Notes under the pieces: model-generated
The model's input: only the letters and a program-made list of their open reading frames with translations
What the model was told of the DNA's origin: nothing
Database searches by the model: none
Program-made: the position numbers and the translations under genes
Part shown: piece after piece, positions 54,301-64,000 of the stretch
Layout of the letters: every line of letters begins with the position of its first letter
Position numbering within the stretch: the first letter of the stretch is position 1
Origin: Babesia bigemina
Lineage: Eukaryota
Assembly (NCBI RefSeq): GCF_000981445.1
Contig: NC_027218.1
Span: 2,108,001-2,172,000, forward strand
DNA: 64,000 bases
Direction: 5' to 3'

Positions 54301-55075
54301 TGCTATTGACATTGTCGCAGCACGGGGGAGAACATCACCATCATACCTTCTAAGGACGGGCGGACAACGTGTCTAGAGCCGTACAGCGCGGGGGATGTGG
54401 CGACCTACCACCTGTACACAGTGCTGCTGCAGGTGATGGAGATGCCGGAGCTTTCAAAGGTGGGTAGCCTGTTGTGTTTTATCTCAACGCTTGTAGACAC
54501 CGGCAAATATCGCAGAAGATGCCAATGCGCAGCGCTTCGCGTGGGTGATCGACACCTACTGGCGGTGCTTGCAGAAGGCTAACTTGCGCAACTCCGTGCT
54601 GGAGTTCATCAAGAGCTCAATATCAATCGTGCTTCGCCTGCACTACCTGTGTCCCTGGATGGTGAACAAGTCTACAGGTGAGTCAGTGCGTGGCTGAAGG
54701 AGCGGCTGCATCAGTAAAGAGCAGCGAGGTTATTCGGTTGAGTGCATGTGCGCTACAAACAGCGTTGATTCAGTGTTGCGTATTTTTGAAAGCGATCATA
54801 TGATGTGCCGCCAACCATGTTGGTTCATGCCATCCACTGAGTGGTGCTTCCTATAGTGTAAGGTGCTGATTGTGCGCAGATCAATTGCAAACATGGATAC
54901 ACACCGACCGCAGCTGCGAGCCGGAGCTGCAAGAGTTCACGAAGTAAGTTTGGCACACAGCACGGAACGACTCGTTGCGTGAACGAATACACATTGATAC
55001 AGGACGGTCATAAACAGTCTGCGCCAGATATACCACGACATCGCCGAGATGCAGAAGCTAGACGATTTTAACTGA
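51397..55075 (+). CDS. Hypothetical protein, multi-exon (892-aa main ORF plus several 3' exons; 3' end inferred)
   Basis: Long ORF; GT-AG short introns near 51434 and 53971; coding-like exons continue to ...EMQKLDDFN* at 55075. Confidence 0.6.
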
Positions 55076-55715
55076 TGCTGTAACGTAGCAAGCTCCCACG
55101 CAAGTGGGCCGCAGCCGTTTGCTACTGAAGGTCATATAAATTTGTTTGGTGCTTCCTTTTGATTGTTATGTTCATTTGGATACACCCTAGCTAGACTTAC
55201 GTCGTTAACGCGCCGTACGGCGGCAACCTGCCTAGATCATGCCTGACGGCCAGCCGTATTACACATTCCGACTGTTTCCATAGCAAATGAATAATGGCGC
55301 CCATTGCGGGGCGATTGGCGGGTAATAACGCGATTCAACAGTTGTGCAGCAGTGCTACTCACCAGAAGAGCAGTCGATGCAACATCTCCGGCTTTTGGAA
55401 ATGCTGAAATGTGTAATTGGTTACTTAAACACGCCGCGCATGTACCTGGGAGGTGCTGCGCCATTCGGGTGTCTATAAATCGCGTTGATGGGAGCGAGTG
55501 AGACACTCGGTGATGTGCGTTTCAAGAGAGAAAAAAAGCGGCTTCTTGCCGCTCGGTGGATTCCGCCATGATCTACAATGATGTAATAACTTCGGAAATG
55601 TAGCGTGATGTCTTGATCCCTAGGAATCATGGGACGAAAATAGCCGATCTTCCAGCACCGAGGCACATCAAGCAATAAACATTGGGATCTCAAGCCTGTG
55701 GATATATCAGCCGCA

Positions 55716-58700
55716 ATGGGGACTACTTACGAGACTCGGGATACTGTTGAAATGCAAGTTGACTCCTCGGTCGACTCGTGTCGCACCGGCATATCGCAAA
55801 AGGGATGTAAAGCCGACAAGGTACCCACTTACGATGACAAGGGCATATTGAACTTCTTGTTATTGCGATGGGTAGTATACTGGGTGAATAGACTTAAATC
55901 CACCTATTTCGAACTGTCGATGCTGCCGCCACTCCCGAAGCCCGACCAGATATCCTACTGGCAGCCCGTCTTTTCCAAGCACATCAGTGATGGGCTGCTT
56001 ATGTTGGAGGAGGCAAAGGCGCAAGCGGTGTTGCCCATCGGTGAGTCTAAGCCGAAGAAAGAGCATCACCATATACTGATGCGTGCAATTCTATTGACAT
56101 TCTGGCGGCGCATATTGTTCCTTTCGTTTCTGGCCGTCATTGACAGCGTTCTAAACGTCGGTGTGGCAATGCTTCTAAAGTTTCTGCTTGACATTATGAA
56201 AAGGAAGGATCAGCTGCCTTTTAAAGTCGTAGGCATGCTTTTTCTAATCATACTAGTGGAAGTGGTCCATTCGATAGTCCAGCAACATAGGAACTTCTAC
56301 AACCGTCGAACGGAGATCCTTATGGAGGCAGTTATGTCCATAACTCTGTTCCAGCACGGTTTGTGTCATCGCAAAGATTACTGCGTTGCAGCAGAGAAGC
56401 ATGGCCAATTAAATGGCTGCAAGGATGCTGTGCATTCCTGCAATACCGAGTACAGCTCATGTTCGCCTAACCCACTGATGTGCCCAGCCAGGAGGCACAA
56501 AAACGCGGAACTGCCGCCAAGCATGTATACTTTTCTCTACTTCGATACCTGCCATATGGCATCCCTAACAAATGGCATCGCCACAGTCATCAGGTTCTTG
56601 TGCAGCTTAGTGTTCGGGATGCTCATTATACGATCGCAGATTGGCGTCGACATACTATACCCTGGAATAGCCATGCTGGCGCTTACAATTATCATGGTTG
56701 CTATCGAGTTTATGAGTGGATACGTGTTGAAGCATTTGCTCACATTCAGGGATGCGAGGTTGGCTAGGATTGGTGAAGTGATTGGGAGTTTAGACGTTAT
56801 TCAGACATCCGGGATGGAGGATATTGGCTACAATATTGTCAATGATAGCAGGAAGGACGAGATGTGCTTCCTGAAGCTTCGTGTCTTCCTAATGCTCATC
56901 AACAGGGCTATAATGAACAGTGTTGGTGTCATTCTGAAACTCATTGTTTTGCTCGAATTTATTAGTGTTGTCAAACGTGCTGCTGATAAGCGTGATTTTG
57001 ACTTAGCTGCTCCCGTAACATTGCTCTTCGTAGTTGCAAAGATCACCACGTCACTGACGAAGCTACCCACCACGCTCAAGTTTTTGATCGAGATGCTCGC
57101 ATCATACGGCAGACTCTCGAAGTTTATAGTTGAATGCTCCCCGAATTACTATTTGGACGCCAAAGACACGCCTGCGGGGACTTCCACAGCTTTGCAACTT
57201 ATGAACAAACCAACAAGCCTCCTGTCGAACAAACATCTTGTGGTATATAAGAACGCCAGCTTCGCATGGTTCCATACGATCGAAGATAGTTTGGAAGAGG
57301 TGTCAATAAAAGTGCCCATATTGAATGACCTCAACTTCGAGCTGGAGCGTGGCGATGTGAAGATCATCACCGGCAACCAGGGTTGTGGTAAAACTAGCTT
57401 CATCAAAGCGATGCTGGGCGAGATGAGTCTGGTGTCGGGTAGCATGGCGGTTGCTCCGCTGTCGACTGGTATGCCCATTTTCTACACATCGCAGGAGGTG
57501 TGGCTGCCGAGCGGTAGCATCCGTTCGATCATCACGTTCGGGTACGCGTTCGACGAGGACATCTACCGTCAGGTGACGTGTGCGGTTGAGCTGGAGTCTG
57601 ACTTTGCTTCTTGGGAGGACGGGGACATGCGTGTGATCTCCGAGAAGGGCTACTCGCTGAGTGGCGGCCAGCGCGTGAGGCTGAGTCTGGCGCGTGCTCT
57701 CTACGCGTACCTGATCTTCAGCAAGGCCAACGAACGCTTGGTCGGCGACCGGTGCTGCTTCTTGGTCTGTCTGGACGAGCCTTTCAACGGGTTGGATCCG
57801 GCCGTCGCAGGCACCATATTCAACAACCTCTTCAACAAGGAGACGGGCTTGCTCGTAAGGGACGACGTTGCCGTAGTCATGGCAATGTCAAAAATATACA
57901 TGGATTTGTTCTCCAATTTGAATATGTTCGACAACGTAGTTCATATGGAACGCTGGGACATTGATAATGGTTCTATGTCCCCGTCCACGCGATGTAACGA
58001 GCCGTCTAACGTCGATGTGCCATCCTCTCAGCACAAGGAATGTTTCACAACAGAAGGTGGTTTGAAGCGTGCTTCCACCTTGACTCGTATGCCGCGCAAT
58101 ATTTACCAGGTGTGCGAAAGTGGAGAGTTCTCAACGATGAGTTTGGGGTACATGTCGTGCGTAAAGCAGAACTCCATCACCAAGGCAGCCGATGAAGCAC
58201 GTGAGCAAAACGAGCGGTGTTCTACTTCATCAGGATATTTGAGGTACTTGGAGGCTGTAGGGTATAAAACAAGCTTTTTCATAATTGCACTGATTGTGGT
58301 CAGTATAGTTTTGCAGAAAGCAAACGCCATTTACATTGCGCGTTGGTCAGACACTGTTAGGGACCTTGGAGGATGTGACCATGACGGTAATGCTGATGTG
58401 GACGTGATATTTATGGCGCATGAATATGAAAGTTTCTTGGTGAAGTTGTTTTCGTTCTTTTACTTATACTTTTTGTTTGTTGCTTTCCTTCTTATGGTTG
58501 TGGGCAGTTTGAGGTGCTCTTCACGGCTCTTTTCGTTCGCATTAAATTCGATTATTCATAAAAATTCCTCGGTTATTACGCTTAAAAGGTCAATTGGGGG
58601 TATAATCACGATATTCTCATCCGACTTCATCCACATCGACGAGAAATTCTGCAAACAAGTTAGCAGCACGATTCTGGGATTGATCCGGATAATATTACAA

Positions 58701-60359
58701 GCCATTACCATGTGTTACACTATACCTTTGGCTTCACCTGTGCCTTGTATTTTAGTTTTGTGTATCTATTTTTATGTCATACGCCGCTATTTTATTCCGG
58801 CGAAGAAACTGGAGTGCCTGATGCTAGATGCGACATCGAACATAAATGAGCTGTACGCTAGTACGATTTCAGGATCACCGCTTTACCGCAGTTACCGGAA
58901 GGAGGGTCAGTGTATCGAGGCTATTACGACACAGTCGGAGTATTTTTACAGGTCTAAATACCTGAAGCTTGCATTGAACGTATGGGCAGCAGTGGCTGCC
59001 AAGATGATGACGTGTTGTGGTGCGGGTATTATGTTCTTCATCCCCATCATATGTCATTATGCATTCGGTATTGATTTGCGTATTGCTCAAATCGGTCTTG
59101 GAATATCTCTGACTCTGGGGTTTAACGATTCCCTATCCTTGGTCATATACAACGTCGCAGTCGTTGAGAGACAGATGTGCTCATTGGCGCGTTATACGCG
59201 GTATTTCTGCCAAGGCAAATGTACATTCAGGGACATGTTCGAATCAATGAGAGAAACTGTTTTATGTCAATATGGCGGCGCAGGGCATACCGAAAACGAC
59301 AGAATGCGCCTAGCTGATTTGGAGAAGCGACGAAAAACAGAATATCGCCGCTTGATGTTTAGGAAGTATGTCTCACTGTGGGATCGGCAACTTCACAAAT
59401 GCACCATAGAATTATTGGATGCTTCCCAATATTTGCCCTCCAATCACATGACCCTCGAACTGGATAATGTTATGGTGCCAGAACCTGCTCAGGAATTCAA
59501 TGCTAGCACGAATTACATCCTGAAAGGCGTTACTGCGAGCACGCGTGCTGGCGATGTGGTTGGTATAGTGGGCCGTACTGGCGCTGGCAAGAGTACGCTG
59601 TTGAGTGTGCTGCAGAACATTGCATCGAAAAGGGAGGGCTCCGTGTTGCTTGACGGTCGGGAGTTGAACAGCATCCCTCGTAAGGTGTTGCGCCACATCA
59701 TCGGCGTGTTGCCCCAGATGCCTTTTGTGTTCAAGGGGTGGACCCTGCGTCGTTTCCTGGACCCGCGTATGTTGCACTCTGACGAGGAGATCTTGCACGC
59801 CCTGGAGTGCTGCGGTTTGTTGGACATGGTCAAATCTCTGCCTGGCACCGATCCGCTGGACGCTGTGTTAGCGCACGAGGACATACGGGTGCAAAGGGGC
59901 TACTACGTGATAATTCCCCTGATACGTCTGAAGCGTAGACTCACCTCAACCCGTTCCGATGACGGCGAGGGAGGCGTGTCGGGTGAGCGTCCCGATGGCA
60001 ACGTGGCGTGCTTCTCGATGAGCCAGTTGCGGTCGCTGTCGTTTGCTCGTCTGGTGCTGTATCGCATGACTTATCGCATTCTGCTGATCGACGAGCCGCC
60101 ATCCGACAACTGCGCGGGTCACGAGGAGGCGGATCAGGCAGGTGGCAGCCCGTCCGGGGCTGAGGCATCGAGCGACGCGTCAGTGCCCATCTACGACCTG
60201 GTGCGGATGTTCTTCAGCCACTGCACGACGTTCATCGTGGCGCACGACAAGAACGTGCTGAGGTCGTGCACGTCGGTCTGGCTGATGCAGAGCGGCACGC
60301 TAGTCGAACGCTGCTCCACACAAGAATTCATGGCCAGGGGATTGGAGCAGATCACTTGA
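55716..60359 (+). CDS. ABC transporter, ABCC/MRP family (TMD-NBD-TMD-NBD)
   Basis: Walker A GNQGCGKTS and GRTGAGKS, signature LSGGQRVRLSLAR, Walker B LVCLDEP and ILLIDEP, two multi-TM regions. Confidence 0.93.
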   Translation: MGTTYETRDTVEMQVDSSVDSCRTGISQKGCKADKVPTYDDKGILNFLLLRWVVYWVNRLKSTYFELSMLPPLPKPDQISYWQPVFSKHISDGLLMLEEAKAQAVLPIGESKPKKEHHHILMRAILLTFWRRILFLSFLAVIDSVLNVGVAMLLKFLLDIMKRKDQLPFKVVGMLFLIILVEVVHSIVQQHRNFYNRRTEILMEAVMSITLFQHGLCHRKDYCVAAEKHGQLNGCKDAVHSCNTEYSSCSPNPLMCPARRHKNAELPPSMYTFLYFDTCHMASLTNGIATVIRFLCSLVFGMLIIRSQIGVDILYPGIAMLALTIIMVAIEFMSGYVLKHLLTFRDARLARIGEVIGSLDVIQTSGMEDIGYNIVNDSRKDEMCFLKLRVFLMLINRAIMNSVGVILKLIVLLEFISVVKRAADKRDFDLAAPVTLLFVVAKITTSLTKLPTTLKFLIEMLASYGRLSKFIVECSPNYYLDAKDTPAGTSTALQLMNKPTSLLSNKHLVVYKNASFAWFHTIEDSLEEVSIKVPILNDLNFELERGDVKIITGNQGCGKTSFIKAMLGEMSLVSGSMAVAPLSTGMPIFYTSQEVWLPSGSIRSIITFGYAFDEDIYRQVTCAVELESDFASWEDGDMRVISEKGYSLSGGQRVRLSLARALYAYLIFSKANERLVGDRCCFLVCLDEPFNGLDPAVAGTIFNNLFNKETGLLVRDDVAVVMAMSKIYMDLFSNLNMFDNVVHMERWDIDNGSMSPSTRCNEPSNVDVPSSQHKECFTTEGGLKRASTLTRMPRNIYQVCESGEFSTMSLGYMSCVKQNSITKAADEAREQNERCSTSSGYLRYLEAVGYKTSFFIIALIVVSIVLQKANAIYIARWSDTVRDLGGCDHDGNADVDVIFMAHEYESFLVKLFSFFYLYFLFVAFLLMVVGSLRCSSRLFSFALNSIIHKNSSVITLKRSIGGIITIFSSDFIHIDEKFCKQVSSTILGLIRIILQAITMCYTIPLASPVPCILVLCIYFYVIRRYFIPAKKLECLMLDATSNINELYASTISGSPLYRSYRKEGQCIEAITTQSEYFYRSKYLKLALNVWAAVAAKMMTCCGAGIMFFIPIICHYAFGIDLRIAQIGLGISLTLGFNDSLSLVIYNVAVVERQMCSLARYTRYFCQGKCTFRDMFESMRETVLCQYGGAGHTENDRMRLADLEKRRKTEYRRLMFRKYVSLWDRQLHKCTIELLDASQYLPSNHMTLELDNVMVPEPAQEFNASTNYILKGVTASTRAGDVVGIVGRTGAGKSTLLSVLQNIASKREGSVLLDGRELNSIPRKVLRHIIGVLPQMPFVFKGWTLRRFLDPRMLHSDEEILHALECCGLLDMVKSLPGTDPLDAVLAHEDIRVQRGYYVIIPLIRLKRRLTSTRSDDGEGGVSGERPDGNVACFSMSQLRSLSFARLVLYRMTYRILLIDEPPSDNCAGHEEADQAGGSPSGAEASSDASVPIYDLVRMFFSHCTTFIVAHDKNVLRSCTSVWLMQSGTLVERCSTQEFMARGLEQIT

Positions 60360-61120
60360 TCCCGTGACCAGCAGCATGCCGTGTTAATAAACAGAAGTTA
60401 ATCCTACTTCTCTATTTATTGAATTATCCCTTATGGTGTGTCGTGTATGTGTATGCAGTTTTGTGCTGAAATCTCAAATTGGTGGCCGAGATTACGGGTA
60501 TCCATGTAGGCGATAGTTAGAAATTTATCAGGGAAGGGGTCGGTCATAAGCATCGTCCCCACAACATGTCACTATTATTACGTGAGTTCATGAGCGGCAT
60601 GTGGACTATGTGAGACTATACACAAACATGGTACTTACACCGGCTTTGGATAAGACAATGTAAGCACTGGAAGAGTCAACCACGTTATGAGATTTTCTAT
60701 AGGAGGGCTACATGAGCTAAGGCGGCGTCATCACCACGCTTTTAAGTACGATATCTTGGCAAATTCGTTGGCACATGTTGCAACGATAACAGAATTGGTG
60801 ACCATTTTGTGATATGGCTGCAGCCTGAGGCGCAACCAGCTGCGCGAAACGCCAAGACATGAAGAATACATGCGCCTGGTAACCTTGATTAATCCCGTTT
60901 AATTTGCCAATGGGCAATTGATGATGTCTCGATGTAATTCGTGAACACATAGCTGGGTAGTTCTCTAAGAATAATTACGTGAAATCAATAATGCGATATT
61001 AGAGGAGCATTGTGCCTTAAATACATGGGGTTGTGCTACAGGTGCGATTTCACAAATTGTTAAAGTTGATTAAACAGTGCTGAGCAAACCGTTAATCTTG
61101 CGGGCGCAAAAAACACGGAC

Positions 61121-61414
61121 CCTGTGGAACGGCCGAATGCGAAAGTAGCTCATGGCGCAGATGACGATGATGACGAGGGCGACGGGGACGATGACGTAAG
61201 GGGCGGGGAAGTGGTCACCCAGCTGCTCACGTGATTGCTTATCAACGCTATCATTACTCTGTCTAGAACATTGGATGTCAGCTGCCACTTAGGATATTGT
61301 GATTAGCTGCGCAGTAGATACCGCACCCTGTGGAACGGCCGGATGCGGAAGTAGATCATGGCGCAGATGACGACGATGATGAGGGCGACGGGGACGATGA
61401 TGTAAGGGGCGGGG
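61121..61414 (-). repeat. Direct duplication of an ~88-nt TM-coding segment (61327-61414 and 61121-61208)
   Basis: PAPYIIVPVALIIVVICAMIYFRIRPFHRV vs PAPYVIVPVALVIIVICAMSYFRIRPFHRV. Confidence 0.9.
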
Positions 61415-61764
61415 TTGGAAGCGGTGGTAGGCTGTAGTTCGGCGGTTTGACGATGAGTGCTGCCGACAGAGGAGGAACCGGGGGCAAGGGAAGTGGATGA
61501 AGAACCGGAACGCTGTTGACTGAGGGATTCTTGGGAACGGGAAACGCCATAAAGCTTACGTAGACAACAGTTACATGTACAACCGTTGGGTTTACAGTTA
61601 ACACATCCATTAGAATGGCACACTGCTATATATTTGCGCGGATAAGAAATATCGCGACATCTATCAAAACATCTAGCACATCCCGCACAACACCAGGGAC
61701 AGCACCTGCAATCATTCTTGGTACATGGCGTTTCACACCGTGTACACTGATCCCCTCTCGACAT
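61303..61764 (-). CDS. Small Cys-rich protein with Ser-rich linker and C-terminal TM (153 aa from ATG 61764)
   Basis: Many CxxC/CC motifs in the first ~70 aa, then a Ser-rich stretch, then a hydrophobic TM and a basic tail. Confidence 0.6.
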   Translation of the reverse strand: MSRGDQCTRCETPCTKNDCRCCPWCCAGCARCFDRCRDISYPRKYIAVCHSNGCVNCKPNGCTCNCCLRKLYGVSRSQESLSQQRSGSSSTSLAPGSSSVGSTHRQTAELQPTTASNPAPYIIVPVALIIVVICAMIYFRIRPFHRVRYLLRS

Positions 61765-61780
61765 CTTCCCCTCCCGCACT

Positions 61781-62050
61781 CCTCAACCTGCAAACATATC
61801 GATCACCTAAGCAGCACTCACCAACTGCAACACGTACCACTGCCGCTCCCAGTCCCCTCAACCTGCGAACATCAACCACCTAAGCAGCACTCACCAACTG
61901 CAACACGTACCACTGCCGCTCCCAGTCCCCTCAACCTGCGAACATATCAATTACCTAAGCAAACACTCACCAACATAACACGTACCACTGCCGCTCCCAC
62001 TCCCCTCAACCTGCAAACATATAAATCACTTAAGCAACGCACTCACCAAC
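61781..62050 (-). repeat. Tandem repeat of 73-76-nt units, each a short GT-AG intron-like sequence plus a 40-41-nt exon-like spacer
   Basis: Minus-strand GTGAGTG...GCAG blocks at 62011-62046, 61936-61970, 61863-61894 and 61788-61821, separated by near-identical spacers. Confidence 0.85.
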
Positions 62051-62830
62051 CACTCATGAACACGCACCTCGGCAAAGCGTAGCCCGTACCATCAACCTAC
62101 TCAACGATGAACCACGTACCTCAGGCAAGGACACTGATGGTCTCCCACCGGCGCTACGTTAGCAGCAAGGTGACTGCCATCAGCAGCACTGCCAGTAACA
62201 TCACGACTATGCAGATATAACAGCTGAAATATTACCGAGGTAGAGCAAGTGAACGGTATCCTCGCCGTGGCATGCAGGTCTACCGGCACCTGCTGGGCAG
62301 TTAACTCCATCCATTACATACAGTATGACGTTGGAAGTGCCCATTATAATTGTTGTCACATTTGTGTTTTAATGAGCGACCGAGTGATCCACATTGCTCA
62401 GTTCATACGTTAGTCATTTACCCTGTTGCCATCAATCTCACATAACTCCGCCGTCCACTGGCCATCACGTCAGAGTGCCGATGGCATTCATCGCCTGGGT
62501 CCTCATCAGATCAGTAATCTGTCATCCACAAATCTAACAGGCAGCCCGCTGTATCACACAGTAAAGCGCTTGTCAGCTGCCTATGTTAGTGGCCAACCAC
62601 CCAGCTTCACAGTGGTACCACCTAAACAAGTCTCACAAGTTACGCATAACTAAACATCCCACACTGAATCACCTTTCAAGTGGACTACATGAACACGTCT
62701 ATGCGTGAAAGCAGTCACGCTTTTCTCGCACCATGGTGCTGTAGATGACATCCTGACACAACTAGCCACTATCGCTGTAGTGTGATCCAGCACAAGGCAA
62801 GTAATGGCTGCATTAATGCGATAACTACTA

Positions 62831-64000
62831 TTAGTAACTAAGTTGGCCAATAGGATCCTCGTCGAAGTAGTCGACGTCTTTGTAAAGTGAAAGCATATTC
62901 CGGCCTTTCGTGAGTAGCGCCTTGACGTCGATGACGTGAGACGCCTTGGTGCGAATAAGGTGCGAGCGGATGTGGAGCACGTCCAGGCGATATAGCATCG
63001 TGTTGGCGAAGATGAGTAATGCGGTGGACCACAGAGCGACGATGGTGTAGATGAACGGCTCCCGGATGTTGTAGAGGAAATCGTCCATGGCGGAAATAAG
63101 ATCTGCGATAGGCTTGCCGTTGACAATTTCCTTCAGCCTGCCGATGACGTCTAAACATGTGATTGATGTCTGCGGTCCCACCTCCGGCGGCGTGAACCCG
63201 TGTAGGTAGAGGAGGGGCAGCGCAGTGGAACACAAGTAAAGCGATGAACACTTGGCATAATCATGCTTCTTGAGATCATGGTGCAGTTTTTCGAGTGACT
63301 CCCGCAGTCTGTCCGGCAGGTACACCGTCCAGCTGAGGTAGGTGTGGGCGAAGCGCTGGGAGTACAGGGCGTACGCCCGGTACGTGATGGGCGAGCAATG
63401 TGGATGGCAGTTGTCAGGGTCACTGCCGCAGCCGACCAGTGTGGACAGGGTACGGGGATGGTCAATGTCGTGTTTGGAGTTGTGTTTGGATATGAGAGAC
63501 TCGGAGCCTCGGATGCCACGGACAGTGCCTAGGTCGGAGTCACCAAGACAGTCCCACTCAGGGCAGTCGGTATGTGACTTAGTGATGGCAGTGCCCAGTG
63601 GAGACAATGATTCTGAAGCATATCCGTGCAACTCGATACCGAAATTGTGGAAAAACGAGACGAGCTCCCCGGTCGTCCTTGGCGTCCGCCTGGTGAGGCA
63701 GTTGAGGTAGGAGGACAGTGTCAGCAGGGGGTCACTGCCGCCGCAGCTGGGAGTGAGGATGGTGGAAAGGGTACTGCCACTTTGTGATTTATTGGGTAAA
63801 TCCTCCATCCTAAATCCCATCCTGATCCTGCTCTTGAGGCACAGGTTGCACGGGTCGAAGGGGTGAGTCTTGAAGTCGCAGTCCCAGCCGTCAGTAAGGA
63901 ACGCATGGAGGGGGGAATTGGTAGGACTGACTTCACTGCCGTAGTTACAATTCTGCCACCCACCGCTTAACTTATCCCGTTTACACTGCGCCTTCAGGAA
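62831..64000 (-). CDS. VESA-related family gene copy 3, 3' end (5' part lies beyond the window)
   Basis: Frame is open from 64000 (FLKAQCKRDKLSGGW...) to the stop at 62831. Same conserved C-terminal domain and TM as copies 1 and 2. Confidence 0.88.
   Translation of the reverse strand, partial: FLKAQCKRDKLSGGWQNCNYGSEVSPTNSPLHAFLTDGWDCDFKTHPFDPCNLCLKSRIRMGFRMEDLPNKSQSGSTLSTILTPSCGGSDPLLTLSSYLNCLTRRTPRTTGELVSFFHNFGIELHGYASESLSPLGTAITKSHTDCPEWDCLGDSDLGTVRGIRGSESLISKHNSKHDIDHPRTLSTLVGCGSDPDNCHPHCSPITYRAYALYSQRFAHTYLSWTVYLPDRLRESLEKLHHDLKKHDYAKCSSLYLCSTALPLLYLHGFTPPEVGPQTSITCLDVIGRLKEIVNGKPIADLISAMDDFLYNIREPFIYTIVALWSTALLIFANTMLYRLDVLHIRSHLIRTKASHVIDVKALLTKGRNMLSLYKDVDYFDEDPIGQLSY

Noticed and set aside
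60010..60060. Degenerate NBD2 signature (FSMSQ) and missing NBD1 switch histidine in the ABC transporter
   Set aside because: One degenerate composite ATP site is normal for the ABCC family.

Overview
Eukaryotic, gene-dense DNA with short (about 30-40 nt) GT-AG introns. Gene content points to an apicomplexan piroplasm, most likely Babesia (inference). A central block of about 22-60 kb holds housekeeping genes: a candidate AP2-domain protein, tRNA-Ala(AGC), eIF3e, kish, U1A/U2B'', PKA catalytic subunit, an EF-hand PPP pseudophosphatase, TruB, a PI31-like protein, a single-domain cation channel, LSM14/CITH, HIRA, two hypothetical proteins and an ABCC transporter. This block is flanked by three members of a VESA-related variant-antigen-like gene family. 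Two stand-out observations. (1) An apparently intact, full-length non-LTR retrotransposon (14902-19218, minus strand) encodes RT, a CCHC knuckle and a restriction-like endonuclease (R4-like clade). It is bounded by an 8-bp target-site duplication (TAGCAGAT) and sits inside one antigen-family gene, whose reading frame is restored exactly when the element is removed. (2) That gene family carries a tandem NQGKK[A/S]EGAQ decapeptide array matching the repeat of mammalian p180/RRBP1, suggesting host mimicry or host-derived sequence. Also seen: a head-to-head gene pair with inverted homologous upstream regions, segmental gene-conversion tracts among paralogues, and a tandem repeat whose unit looks like an intron plus micro-exon cassette. 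All family assignments come from motif recognition by eye, not database searches.
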